23,481 nucleotides of DNA from a virus, in the UHGV virus genome UHGV-0138297. One strand, 5' to 3'. A program made the position numbers and the translations under genes. How positions within the stretch are numbered: the stretch's first letter is position 1; each line of letters starts with the position of its first letter. Under the pieces are notes generated by a model. It had not been told where the DNA came from, did not search any database, and saw only the letters and a list, made by a program, of their open reading frames with translations. Of this stretch, positions 1 through 9,375 are shown piece by piece.

Positions 1-193
1 CATAGTGAAAAGTTGCGAAGGCATCGATACGATCACATTGGCTGTAATGTCTGTCATTTAATTTGCTCCAGATACAAGGAATCGCCGCAGCATGGCTACG
101 GTGAGTATTTGTTTGCTTTTTGCACTACACTTTTTGTGTAGTGCTATCTCTCAAGGCCATAGCCGCTGAGTAGCTACGGTGAATTTTGGGCAT

Positions 194-216
194 AAAAAAA
201 CCCAGCCGAAGCTGGG
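194..216 (-). terminator. Rho-independent terminator (second of a tandem pair downstream of the P63C gene)
   Basis: Plus strand has A-run 194-200, then stem cccagc (201-206), loop cgaa, stem gctggg (211-216). Read on the minus strand this is a GC hairpin followed by a U7 tract. Confidence 0.6.
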
Positions 217-266
217 TCGTTGCGTTGGTTATCTGTCAGTAGTTATGTACTGGCTGAAGGATTTGT

Positions 267-289
267 ACAAAAACCCACCTGACGGTGGG
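267..289 (-). terminator. Rho-independent terminator immediately 3' of the P63C gene
   Basis: Plus strand acaaaaa (267-273), stem cccacc (274-279), loop tgac, stem ggtggg (284-289). On the minus strand the hairpin is followed by UUUUUGU. It lies 9 nt past the stop at 298. Confidence 0.65.
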
Positions 290-297
290 TTTCATAA

Positions 298-1266
298 TTA
301 GATTTCTGGTTTCATTCTTCCAAAAACCTTTTCTATTCCTTTTTCGTATTCTTCTCTTGTCTCACTCATCGCTGCGACCCCAAGAAGCTTACCGATATGC
401 TGACGCAAAGCCTTGACACCAATTTCAGAAAGGAACAGATGCAACTTATCAGATTGTTTTCCGTTCTCGTCTCGGCTGGCTCGAATCTGTTCAAGGATTT
501 TACCTTTACTCTTTGCTAGCGGGGTGTATATCTGCATGTTGGTTAGCTGCCCAAAACGAATAGGCCGTCCTTTCTCTGGCCTATTCAGGCCGTACAGTCG
601 ATACCACTCCTCGTATAGCTCATCTGGAAATTCCTTTTCATATTGACGAGCTTCTTCACGAACAAACGCTTTGAACTCGTCAATGACAGCCTGAACTTCT
701 GGACGATAACCAGCAAGCGCATACGCAACCCCCTTAATTCCCGCCTTAGCGGAGGCATTAATAAGTCTCTGTGCTGCGGCGGCTGCCTTTAACCGTGATT
801 GTGGTAGATCGTCATTATCTTTGGCTTCTATTAGTGCCCTACCAATATCAACAATTGCTGTAATGTCATAACCTAACGCTTGATGAACGGTTTTAGACTT
901 CGAAGTAAGTTGAAATTTATAGGGATTTTCCATTTTTCGCTGCAATTCTAGATCTCGGTATTTGCTCATATACTGAGCGCCAAGTAGTTGATCTAAATCC
1001 CTGGCATGTTCACCAATCCCTAGCAACTGAGATAATCCAGTTTTCGTAACAACGACAGTTTTCGACTCGTCATCCAGTACATAACATTCAGCATCAATGC
1101 CAAAATCATCTAAAAAGTTACCACGATGAGTTGCCCTGAGAATCTTACTTTTCCATCTTGCAGCAGCTGCTTTCTTTGCTATTTCAGAACGCTGCTCTTT
1201 AGTCAGCGACTTTGCGCGAGCGATCCCGCCCTTAGCTTTCCCTTCACTACTTTTCTTTTCTGTCAT
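298..1266 (-). CDS. P63C-domain phage protein (function unknown) with a basic N-terminal segment; accessory (moron) gene
   Basis: 322-aa ORF. SD AAGGTG lies 8 nt upstream of the ATG at 1266. The N-terminal 45 residues are Lys/Arg/Ala-rich (KAKGGIARAKSLTKEQRSEIAKKAAAARWKSK). The P63C family assignment is from memory of prophage annotations, not from a search. The gene has its own promoter and terminators. Confidence 0.75.
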   Translation of the reverse strand: MTEKKSSEGKAKGGIARAKSLTKEQRSEIAKKAAAARWKSKILRATHRGNFLDDFGIDAECYVLDDESKTVVVTKTGLSQLLGIGEHARDLDQLLGAQYMSKYRDLELQRKMENPYKFQLTSKSKTVHQALGYDITAIVDIGRALIEAKDNDDLPQSRLKAAAAAQRLINASAKAGIKGVAYALAGYRPEVQAVIDEFKAFVREEARQYEKEFPDELYEEWYRLYGLNRPEKGRPIRFGQLTNMQIYTPLAKSKGKILEQIRASRDENGKQSDKLHLFLSEIGVKALRQHIGKLLGVAAMSETREEYEKGIEKVFGRMKPEI

Positions 1267-1267
1267 A

Positions 1268-1356
1268 ATGCAAGCACCTTGTTGTGATATATGCTTGCAT
1301 TATATACACTGTACACACATACAAGCAAGCATAAAACCAAAACAAAATGCTTGCAT
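1268..1356. promoter_or_regulatory. Divergent control region: two copies of a ~33-bp palindrome (ATGCAAGCA-N13/14-TGCTTGCAT) overlapping a predicted sigma70 promoter for the P63C gene
   Basis: Palindrome 1 has arms at 1268-1277 and 1291-1300; palindrome 2 at 1323-1332 and 1347-1356 (one mismatch each). On the minus strand a perfect -10 TATAAT (plus 1299-1304) sits 18 nt from -35 TTGCTT (plus 1323-1328). The -10 overlaps the right arm of palindrome 1 and the -35 overlaps the left arm of palindrome 2. Confidence 0.55.
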
Positions 1357-1421
1357 TACAACCGCGCTACTCCAACTACACATTATCATCTGGTATCCTG
1401 CACAAAACTAAGGAGGTTGGT

Positions 1422-1750
1422 GTGCTTGAATGGTTTCTGTTGGCTGCATTAGTCGTTTCTGGTTTGGTGTATGAGTATCGAATGCACTCTCTAACAAAAA
1501 AATAGGAATTCTAGAAAACGAATATTGTGCTCTCAAATCCTCACTGGAACGTGAGCAAGGGGACTTAAAAATCTCTCTGTCTAGCATTGAGCGTTCTATA
1601 GAGAGCTTAGAGGATAAGGTTGATCGTATAAAGAATGAGGATATTCATGATATTAAGGACGACATATCCTTCTTAAAATCTTGGTTGAAAAATGTTGGGA
1701 AAATTGCCACATCAACACGAGATAAGCTCAATCCATCCATGGATGACTAA
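1422..1750 (+). pseudogene. Small membrane-anchored coiled-coil protein gene, split by a -1 frame change at an A7 tract (pseudogene, or programmed frameshift/slippage)
   Basis: Strong SD AGGAGG (1411-1416) 5 nt before GTG 1422. Frame 0 encodes a 27-codon hydrophobic peptide (VLEWFLLAALVVSGLVYEYRMHSLTKK) ending at TAG 1503-1505. The -1 frame is open from 1475 to TAA 1748-1750 (about 83 codons, heptad-like, charged) and has no plausible in-frame start. The frames meet at A AAA AAA (1496-1502). The region is AT-rich. Confidence 0.55.
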
Positions 1751-3910
1751 TTACTCCTGTGCCATTCCGCTTAGCGATGCCACAATTCCAGCTCTTGCTA
1801 AACGCTGGAACTCTTCGTTTCCTAGTGCCTCGCGTATTGCTTTTACGGCGGCCTTATTTGCCATAAATCTGCGTTCCGCTGCCGCTAATGCTTCTTTGCT
1901 TCCGCCTGCTCTTACTGCTTTAGTGGCTTCCTGAACTGCTTTCTCTATCGCATACCGACCACTACGTGTGGTGGCAATTTTAGATACAGCGCCTTTTAAC
2001 CCAGCGCCAACTAAAGCACCTGCGGCAGCGCCTGCAATGCCTCCTCCAGCGCCACCAACAATGGCACCTGATGTTGAGTTGGCAATTGCATTTAACACTG
2101 TTGATGTGACGTTGGATAAACCAGCATCCAGATCGCGTAGTACATTGGCAGTTCTCCCTGTTCTTTCAATATACTGCTGAGGTTTCACTGCTGCTCTTGC
2201 AAGAGTGCCATACGCATCAGCAATTCTTCCAAGCTCTGAGGAATATCTGCTAATGGCTTTTACATTTTGTGGAGTGAGTATCTCTGCGATATGGTTAATT
2301 CCTGCTGCATCAGCTTTGCCACCACGTACACCATGCGAGATGGCATCCTGCAACATTGATGATATAGCAGGAACACGCTCTGATTCTGGCAGCGCGCGGA
2401 TCATAGAATGGAATCCAGCAGGACCATTAAGACCTTTAGCTGACGATGATTGAAGGGATTTTACTCCATTCGTAATCAGTGCATCTGTTGCCAAATCACG
2501 CCCGAAAACAGACTCTGCACTCTCTTGTGCTGATAACCTCGCTTTAGACAGATCATTAGCTTTTTGCCAGTCATCAAGAAATCCGCCGTTTTCCGCCATT
2601 GTGCGCATATCATCAGTAATTGCCCGGCGTATTTCCCCTGCTCTCCTTGCCGCATTTGCCTCTCCGCTACGCTTATATTTTTGCTCCGCATCAGCAAATT
2701 TCGCTCTCCATGCTTTCATGCCATCAAATGTTACTCCACCTTGATTGTTTGCCTGAACAAACTGTTTCATTTCAGGAGTAAGCGGTATGCCGGCAGATCG
2801 CTCTGCCTGAATAACGGCATTACCATTTAGCATTCTTGCTTTTTGATTTGGCATTGTTGACCGTACGTCATCCCATGCCGCGCGCTCGGCATCCTTCATC
2901 TGATCAAGATTTTGAAGAATCCTTTGTTTTATAGCCGCACTTTTTTCTGATGCCGTTCCAGATGCGGCCCCAAATTCATCAAGGTTTCGACTTAACTTTG
3001 ATGATATTTCGTTAAATGCTGCCTGATGGGCGTCCTGAACAATTCCTGGTGTTGATGCCAATGCGCCTTCGGCTTGTGCAATTCCACGACTTCCAGATCG
3101 CATTCCTGGTGTTAATGCGTTTATATCAATTCCAGCAGACTCAGCCGCTTTTGCTACATCTTCGGACACATTAGCGGCCTGACTGGCAATTGACTGACGC
3201 CCAGCACCTGACTTTGCCATCCTGGAAACATCATTAGCAGAATTCAGTGCTGCACCACCAAGAGCCTGTGAAACCCTTGGCGCAATAACGCGCCCGACAC
3301 CTGAAAGAACGCCTTGAGCACCAATATTGATACCACCGTTAATGGCAGCATTTTGTGCAAAGTCGCCCTCCTGATTTGCAGCATCAGCAAGAGAACCTGC
3401 AATCATGTTTCCTGCGGAACCGATATCTCCAGCGAGCTTTGCTGTCGCTCCAGCAGCTTTTGCCGCTGTGCCAATTGGCAGGAGATACCCACCAAATGTT
3501 TCACCGGCTTGCGCCCAACGGTCTGTCGGTCGATCGACAGGGCGATAAACATCATCCAAAACCTTGGGGCCACCAAGCCCATGGCTGATTGCATTAATCA
3601 GACTTGCGCCACCCTGCAATACGTCAAATGGTATGTTTACCAGACCACGACCAGCCTGTTCTGCAATTTGCCCTGCACTTTGACCACCTGTGAGCCAATC
3701 GCCAGCTTGTTGCATCAATGATGGTTCTTCTTTCTGCTGCTGATGCGGAGGGTATGCTGCATAAAACTGATCTCTTGCTTCAGCCCATTTGTCACCAGCC
3801 TTAGGGGCAACAACCTCATCAAAATATTGCGCTTGAGCCTGTGCTTTCTGTTCTTCAGTTAACGCCTGATACTGTGGAGAGGCGATAACATCTTTCCATG
3901 CTTTAGCCAT
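1751..3910 (-). CDS. Ejection (DNA-transfer) protein, P22 gp16-like
   Basis: 719-aa ORF in the P22 gene order 14-7-20-16, last of the ejection-protein trio. It has Gly/Ala-rich tracts. Its start overlaps the gp20-like stop. Confidence 0.85.
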   Translation of the reverse strand: MAKAWKDVIASPQYQALTEEQKAQAQAQYFDEVVAPKAGDKWAEARDQFYAAYPPHQQQKEEPSLMQQAGDWLTGGQSAGQIAEQAGRGLVNIPFDVLQGGASLINAISHGLGGPKVLDDVYRPVDRPTDRWAQAGETFGGYLLPIGTAAKAAGATAKLAGDIGSAGNMIAGSLADAANQEGDFAQNAAINGGINIGAQGVLSGVGRVIAPRVSQALGGAALNSANDVSRMAKSGAGRQSIASQAANVSEDVAKAAESAGIDINALTPGMRSGSRGIAQAEGALASTPGIVQDAHQAAFNEISSKLSRNLDEFGAASGTASEKSAAIKQRILQNLDQMKDAERAAWDDVRSTMPNQKARMLNGNAVIQAERSAGIPLTPEMKQFVQANNQGGVTFDGMKAWRAKFADAEQKYKRSGEANAARRAGEIRRAITDDMRTMAENGGFLDDWQKANDLSKARLSAQESAESVFGRDLATDALITNGVKSLQSSSAKGLNGPAGFHSMIRALPESERVPAISSMLQDAISHGVRGGKADAAGINHIAEILTPQNVKAISRYSSELGRIADAYGTLARAAVKPQQYIERTGRTANVLRDLDAGLSNVTSTVLNAIANSTSGAIVGGAGGGIAGAAAGALVGAGLKGAVSKIATTRSGRYAIEKAVQEATKAVRAGGSKEALAAAERRFMANKAAVKAIREALGNEEFQRLARAGIVASLSGMAQE

Positions 3911-5298
3911 TAATCACCCCATAGTGAAGAAAAGTTACTGCTGGCTGCTGGCTGTGATACCTGTGCAGGTTGAGATTGCTGCCGCTGAGATTTACCAACA
4001 TTAACGTTATATTGTTGGTTGTAATTGTTGGTGTATTCCTGAATCTCACGAATCGACTGCTGCATAGCCTCCGGGCTTGAATAGTCAACCTGCGGCATCC
4101 CCTGAAAATACATCTTCGCTTCTGCAACGGTGTTAATACCACTGGCACCCATGTCCCTTGCTGCCGCCACACCCTGTTTCTGCATTCTGCCCTGAATACG
4201 TTGTGCTGAGTTATATAACTGGCGCTGCTCTTTTCCCGTTAATCGGCTGCGAACATCAGCACCAATTGCTGGATTACCTGCACCGCCTGTCATTCCTGTC
4301 ATGAAATCGAGAGCAGAAGCGTCTGCATTTGCGATCGCGTCGATATCCTTCTTCATGGCATAGTTTTGTGCTGATGCAGACGATGTTGCCGGCGCAGCGA
4401 TTGAACTGGCAGGAACGCGAACCATATTCCCCTCGTTGTCGATGCCTTCGTAGAACGCATTAGCCCCAGCGCCGTGAAGTTTCCCTCCTACCGTTACAGT
4501 TCTGCCATCTGATAACTGAACTGTACGCTCATCATTCCCAGCGGTTCCTCTTGTTGACGCTCGCTGCATTGCCAAATCCTGCCCGCGTCGCGCAGTAGAA
4601 GCAGATAAGTCCTGACCGCGCATCGTGATGTTCTGACCTCGTGCTGTTAGCGCCTCTCCAGCCTGATTGCTGCGGATTGTCTCTGCCAGCCTGCCTCGGT
4701 CAATTTCACGACCAGCCATCTTGTCCTGAACATTGAAGTAATCAATCGGACCAAGAGCAGCCATCCCAAGGTGATCAACAAACTCACCAAATCCTGAAGG
4801 ATTCTGCTGATACATCTGAGCAACGCTGTTAGGGTCAACACCGACGCGAGTCAGTTCCTTGGCGTTGTTTTGCAGCCATGATTGCATTGCTTCTGGAGAC
4901 GATGACGCAAGGCGTGCGCCAGCCGCTAAGGTGCCGATAGAATTACGCTGGTCTTCATCAATGAATCCCATGCCTTTACGAACGGATTCAATCTGGTCTG
5001 GATATTGAGTAGCCAACTGACGCAAAGCACCGCGATCACCAGACGCATAAGCATTAGCGTACGCCTGCTGAAATTCTTTCTGCCGCTGAGCCTGCTTCTC
5101 CTGCTGAAACACCCCCGCAATACCTGAAAGGCCTTGCAAAGCAGTCAGCCCAACATTGTTAGCGCCTGAACGCTCAATATCATTGTTCTGCCTGATAAGC
5201 TGAAGCGTATTGCCGATGTCATTTACGCTCGGAGCGTTTGAGTTGACGCCGCCGATACCAGCCAACAATCCGCCATTTGATCCTTGCCAAGTAGCCAT
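3910..5298 (-). CDS. Ejection protein, P22 gp20-like
   Basis: 462 aa (P22 gp20 is about 471 aa). Position between the gp7-like and gp16-like genes. Gln/Ala-rich low-complexity sequence typical of ejection proteins. Confidence 0.85.
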   Translation of the reverse strand: MATWQGSNGGLLAGIGGVNSNAPSVNDIGNTLQLIRQNNDIERSGANNVGLTALQGLSGIAGVFQQEKQAQRQKEFQQAYANAYASGDRGALRQLATQYPDQIESVRKGMGFIDEDQRNSIGTLAAGARLASSSPEAMQSWLQNNAKELTRVGVDPNSVAQMYQQNPSGFGEFVDHLGMAALGPIDYFNVQDKMAGREIDRGRLAETIRSNQAGEALTARGQNITMRGQDLSASTARRGQDLAMQRASTRGTAGNDERTVQLSDGRTVTVGGKLHGAGANAFYEGIDNEGNMVRVPASSIAAPATSSASAQNYAMKKDIDAIANADASALDFMTGMTGGAGNPAIGADVRSRLTGKEQRQLYNSAQRIQGRMQKQGVAAARDMGASGINTVAEAKMYFQGMPQVDYSSPEAMQQSIREIQEYTNNYNQQYNVNVGKSQRQQSQPAQVSQPAASSNFSSLWGD

Positions 5299-5307
5299 GA
5301 TTACCCC

Positions 5308-6000
5308 TTAAAACAACGAGCCAAGCAATCCGATACCAGCACCAATGCCAGCGCCCCAAGGTGTTGATGTTCCCAAAAGGCTGGCAAGACCTGCACCGGC
5401 AATCGCACCAGACGTGCCACCGCTAATTGCAGTCTGAAGACTTGATGGTTTATTGGCATTAGCAGCGGCAAGAGCTGCGCTTTGCTGTGCAATGCTGCTC
5501 ATGTTGTTGGCGTACGTCTGCCCGGCGTTTGCCTGACCTTGCAGAGCACCAAGCCCAACGTTTGCCAGATTGTTGTAATTGCTCATCTGGTTTGATAACC
5601 AAGACTGACCGAGAGTCGGCGCGATCGTAGCCAGTTGATTGCTTGTGGCTGTCGAACCAAGTCCTCCCGTAGCCTCCGCAGCAGCAAGACTCTGGTAACG
5701 AGCCTGACCTGCAAGGTCTTTATACTGCTGAGAGTTGTAATACTGATTAAGTGCCTGCCCCTGACCTTCCAAACTGGAAAGGTTCTGAAGCTGGTTAACA
5801 TACTGCTCCGCAAGAGGCGTGAACGGAGCAAGGTTTTTCATGATCGTCTGCCACTGCTGATTTTGCAGGTCTGCGGCATACTTCTGAGCTTCTGCGGCAT
5901 ACTTTGCACTTTTATCAGAACTGCCACCTTTCCCGCCTTTTTCATGGCAATAAGGTTCCTCGCCGCGCAGTTTTCTGCCCAGCTTAAATGCATATAACAT
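5308..6000 (-). CDS. Ejection protein, P22 gp7-like
   Basis: 230 aa (P22 gp7 is 229 aa). N-terminus MLYAFKLGRKLRGEEP... and Gly-rich C-terminus. Synteny. Confidence 0.85.
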   Translation of the reverse strand: MLYAFKLGRKLRGEEPYCHEKGGKGGSSDKSAKYAAEAQKYAADLQNQQWQTIMKNLAPFTPLAEQYVNQLQNLSSLEGQGQALNQYYNSQQYKDLAGQARYQSLAAAEATGGLGSTATSNQLATIAPTLGQSWLSNQMSNYNNLANVGLGALQGQANAGQTYANNMSSIAQQSAALAAANANKPSSLQTAISGGTSGAIAGAGLASLLGTSTPWGAGIGAGIGLLGSLF

Positions 6001-6002
6001 GG

Positions 6003-6458
6003 CTATCTCCCGTGATTCAGGAAGTCGATTAGTTCTTCGCGTGTGGCGCTGTAAAACGTCACGTCATCCACGCCTTTGAAGTATTTCTTGATGGTTCCGA
6101 CACGCTTAAGGCCAATCATTGCGCAGTAAATCTGCCCGTGGCGGAATTTGCGTGCGGCGAACGATGTGACGCACTGAACGGTGGTGTTAGTCAGAATGTA
6201 TCGCCAGAACGCCAGCCCGATTTCCTTGCTGAAGCCGCGAATCTCTGGCAGGTACATGGCGTGGCAATCGAATGTCAGCGGCTGAATCTCCTGATAGTAA
6301 ACAATGCCGCCGAACTGCCCGTGCACGTTCACCTCAAAGTAACGGCAATCAGGTTTGTAGTCGTATCCATCACCGTTGTTGCTTCCGGCAATAATGTCAG
6401 GGTGATTTCCGACTGCTTCGATCAGGTCGATGTTTCGCGTTGGTTTGAACTGAATCAT
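6003..6458 (-). CDS. P22 gp14-like head/ejection accessory protein
   Basis: 151-aa ORF between the tail needle and the gp7-like gene. Its start overlaps the needle stop (TAATG). Confidence 0.75.
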   Translation of the reverse strand: MIQFKPTRNIDLIEAVGNHPDIIAGSNNGDGYDYKPDCRYFEVNVHGQFGGIVYYQEIQPLTFDCHAMYLPEIRGFSKEIGLAFWRYILTNTTVQCVTSFAARKFRHGQIYCAMIGLKRVGTIKKYFKGVDDVTFYSATREELIDFLNHGR

Positions 6459-7306
6459 TACTGCTCCGCGATTATCTTGATGGTTGTGGCAGTAAACGCC
6501 GCACCATTAGACTGAATGGTTAACGTGCTGCCATTTGTGGCAAGAAAGCCGTCTTTATCCACGCTGAAGAACGTAGCTAACAGGATGTTATCGGTTGTTG
6601 TCGCCGAGTTGCGACTGCTTACCAGAGTGTCAGGAACAGAGCCGGAAAAGGTTAGCTGCATTGACCTGTTGGAGGTTCCGCTGGGCCACGTCCCGACGAT
6701 CGACAGCTTGAATAACAGGGTTTTGTTCTCGTTGAACACAACCATCTTGTTGTTAACGGTGTCGAAGAATGGTGCCAACGAGCCGGATGACGGCGTGAGC
6801 GTTTTCAGCAGGCTAACAAGGTTGGTCGGCGCTGTCGGAATGGTTACAGATACGCCAGAGTAAACAACCTCTGACTTTTTTCGAGTAGTGGCATACTCCA
6901 GAGCATCAATGCGCGTTTCATGGTCTGAAAGCGTGTTTTGAATGGCGACAACTTCATCAGTCAGATAATCAATATCGTTTTCTGCTGTCGTTAATCGCGA
7001 ATCAAGGCCGACTATCGCCGCTTCTGCGTTAGTGATCCTTGTTTCGTGGTCCTGAATCTTCGCTTCAGCTGATGCCAGTCGAATTTCGTGATCGACCAGA
7101 ATCACATCCTGCGCATCGTTCCTGACTTGTGCGTCATAAGCGCCCTGCCCTGCTTCATTGGCCTTGTTCGCCACGTTACCAACATCTGTACCTTGCGCGA
7201 TAACGTAAAGCAGATACGACTGCGAGAAGATATTGCGTGGAAGGACTGATGTATCGAGCCGCGTAGCCTGGATGATTACCGGCTCATTGAGATTCGAATC
7301 AGCCAT
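6458..7306 (-). CDS. Tail needle (P22 gp26-like) with an extended C-terminal domain
   Basis: The true start is the internal Met ([43 protein letters not shown]...), which closely matches the P22 gp26 N-terminus as I recall it. That ATG (7306-7304) overlaps the gp10 stop (TAATG). The product is 282 aa against 233 aa for P22 gp26, with a Ser/Thr-rich C-terminal part. The ORF-track start at 7408 is an upstream extension. Confidence 0.88.
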   Translation of the reverse strand: MADSNLNEPVIIQATRLDTSVLPRNIFSQSYLLYVIAQGTDVGNVANKANEAGQGAYDAQVRNDAQDVILVDHEIRLASAEAKIQDHETRITNAEAAIVGLDSRLTTAENDIDYLTDEVVAIQNTLSDHETRIDALEYATTRKKSEVVYSGVSVTIPTAPTNLVSLLKTLTPSSGSLAPFFDTVNNKMVVFNENKTLLFKLSIVGTWPSGTSNRSMQLTFSGSVPDTLVSSRNSATTTDNILLATFFSVDKDGFLATNGSTLTIQSNGAAFTATTIKIIAEQ

Positions 7307-8724
7307 TACTCGATCCTTATCTGGCAACCAGACAGAGTGACAGGTGACTTCGTGATAACGCGCAATTTGAAGCCAATGTTTTTCCTGATGCGCCCTACTT
7401 TCTTCCACAAAACGCGTTTGTCGTAAACGAACGGTTCATTCTGCTCAATCATCTGCTCACGCCCGTAATTGATGCCGTCAGTGGTTGCAGAGAGGAACAG
7501 GCGGTCGGCGTACTGCGCAACGCCAGTTGACGATTCAACCTCAAGGTCGAAAACTCTGGCGTTATCCGCTTTGAACAACGGAGTAAACAGCAGGTGTTCC
7601 TGTTGCTTGTCGTACTGGCTGCTGATGTCGAATTGCAGTTTCCCGGTAACAGATTCCAGCTTATCGCCGCACGTTATCTGATTGCCTTCGTAAATGAAGT
7701 CGATAGCGCGGTACACATCGTCATACAGGCCTGTTTTCAACACACACCATTGCGGACCATTGGCGCTTGAAGATGCGTCGTAAACAAGAACATGGCGCGG
7801 AAGGTGGATAATCAGCAATTCATGAGCATCAAACCGCAACGATTCCATCACGCCATCAGCCAGTTCATCAGCAGTGTAGGAGCGTAGTATTTTCTCAATG
7901 CTCGCGCTGGCGATTGGTGACACCTGACCGGAGCCGATGATGTATACAGACGGCGCACCTGTTGCCGGATTGCTGATGAACGCATACGAATCAGCAAACG
8001 GCGTTTTGCAGTAAGTCCCGGCGATTCCTTTTTGCACCATCAACGATGGCTGGGCGACATACAAAGCGGCACCAACAGTGGTTGCGCCCGTCAGGGAGAA
8101 ATATTCAATCGTCGATGAGCCAAAGCAGACGATGAAGTCTCGCCATGTTCCGATGCCGATGATGCCGTCAGGCTGCGACTCGGCACGATATTGTGCGCTG
8201 TAGCGGTCAGGATGCGATTCGTCTTCAGGGTCAGTGATAAACCATGAATCTGTGCCGTCTTTTGACCACGCATAACGCCCACGTAAGCGCGTAATGTCGC
8301 GGACTGAGCCTAACTCATACTGAGTAAAACCGCTGTCTGTAGGCCAGTTTGAGACGGTTTTAACCGTGCCGTCATAACGATACTCGACCAGTTGACCATT
8401 AACGCCTACCGCCTGTGATGTCCGACCATGCGCCATTGATACACGACCACTTCCGGCGACGTCACCGACTTCACTTTCGCCTTTGTACAGCTTGCCACCA
8501 CACACACGATAAACAGCATTCTGCGCCATGTTGTACTCAACTCCGCGCGATACGCCGTTCACATCAGAACGTTTGGCAATGCCCGGGAATGAGCGAAGAT
8601 ATCCGCTGCTGTTCAGGATTTCTTTGGGTGTAGCCAACATATTCACTGGCAGATAGTCGATATAGTCGGCGTTTCTAAAGTCTTTGCCGACACCTTTCAT
8701 AAGCGGAAGTTGCTGAATCGGCAT
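7306..8724 (-). CDS. Tail accessory factor, P22 gp10-like
   Basis: 472 aa, the same length as P22 gp10. Synteny gp4-gp10-gp26. Confidence 0.88.
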   Translation of the reverse strand: MPIQQLPLMKGVGKDFRNADYIDYLPVNMLATPKEILNSSGYLRSFPGIAKRSDVNGVSRGVEYNMAQNAVYRVCGGKLYKGESEVGDVAGSGRVSMAHGRTSQAVGVNGQLVEYRYDGTVKTVSNWPTDSGFTQYELGSVRDITRLRGRYAWSKDGTDSWFITDPEDESHPDRYSAQYRAESQPDGIIGIGTWRDFIVCFGSSTIEYFSLTGATTVGAALYVAQPSLMVQKGIAGTYCKTPFADSYAFISNPATGAPSVYIIGSGQVSPIASASIEKILRSYTADELADGVMESLRFDAHELLIIHLPRHVLVYDASSSANGPQWCVLKTGLYDDVYRAIDFIYEGNQITCGDKLESVTGKLQFDISSQYDKQQEHLLFTPLFKADNARVFDLEVESSTGVAQYADRLFLSATTDGINYGREQMIEQNEPFVYDKRVLWKKVGRIRKNIGFKLRVITKSPVTLSGCQIRIE

Positions 8725-8733
8725 TTATTCACC

Positions 8734-9195
8734 TCACGTACTCGGATCATCTTTCTCGATGTAAAACCGATTCCACGTAAACGCGCTTTTGTTACCACTA
8801 CCGCGAGGCATATCATTTCGCCGCTCAAGTGGTGGTATTTTGGTTAAAGCGATACAGATTGTTTGATATGCACTGTCAGCAGCGGTAAGGAGAGCGTCTG
8901 ACGGCTGAATGACGTTATCCATGCACACTTGCACAGCGAGTTTCAAAGCGACGCCATCATTTGCCCATGCAGGGATACCTGAATCATCGTCAGGTAACGG
9001 CATGATGCCGTTTTCTGTATCAGCAAACTGATACCCAAGCTCGATACCTTTCGCCTGCCATGCTGCCATCATGTCTTCGAGGTCATTAATGGCATCTTCA
9101 ATTGCCTGAGGGTCAGCATCTGTCAACGTGGCATTGGAATACAGCCCGGCTTTTCGTAAAGCCTTTAGAACGAGATCACCCTTCGTTTTCGCCAT
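8734..9195 (-). CDS. Tail accessory factor, P22 gp4-like
   Basis: N-terminus MAKTKGDLVLKALRKAGLYSNATLTDADPQAIEDAINDLEDMMAAW matches the P22 gp4 pattern (KTKGDLV..ALRK...ATLTD..PQ...DA..DLE.MMA.W). Confidence 0.88.
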   Translation of the reverse strand: MAKTKGDLVLKALRKAGLYSNATLTDADPQAIEDAINDLEDMMAAWQAKGIELGYQFADTENGIMPLPDDDSGIPAWANDGVALKLAVQVCMDNVIQPSDALLTAADSAYQTICIALTKIPPLERRNDMPRGSGNKSAFTWNRFYIEKDDPST

Positions 9196-9364
9196 CTTCT
9201 TCCGCCTTAGCCACTTTTTGCTTCGTTGCGGTTTCTTCAGGAGTTTTTACCCAACCTTTTTTCAGGTGAGATTTAACTTCTTCGTCATCAACAATGATGT
9301 AATCGACAGCAAACTGACCACAGGTGATCATGTTGCCAGGCTTATAGAGCATTGTTCGTGCCAT
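9176..9364 (-). CDS. Small hypothetical protein between coat and gp4-like genes
   Basis: 62 codons from ATG 9364 (MARTMLYKPGNMITCGQFAVDYIIVDDEEV...), with SD GGGAG 6 nt upstream. The 3' end overlaps the gp4 start by 20 nt. I chose this start over the ORF-track start at 9403. Confidence 0.5.
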   Translation of the reverse strand: MARTMLYKPGNMITCGQFAVDYIIVDDEEVKSHLKKGWVKTPEETATKQKVAKAEEDGENEG

Positions 9365-9375
9365 TGTCTTCTCCC

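Noticed and set aside
1-3. 'cat' at the window edge as a possible ATG of a minus-strand gene (for example the tailspike)
   Set aside because: There is no SD upstream on the minus strand and the gene body would be outside the window, so it cannot be supported.
1692-1934. 80-aa plus-strand ORF
   Set aside because: It is in a different frame from the SD-preceded small gene and runs antisense into the gp16 3' end. The real plus-strand gene stops at 1750.
6138-6863. Plus-strand ORFs 6138-6515 and 6516-6863
   Set aside because: They are antisense to the gp14-like and tail needle genes, with no RBS. Shadow ORFs.
7307-7408. Upstream extensions of the tail needle (to 7408) and lysozyme (to 18670) ORFs
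   Set aside because: Homology to P22 gp26 and gp19 begins at internal Met codons. The extensions overlap upstream genes and are artefacts of longest-ORF calling.
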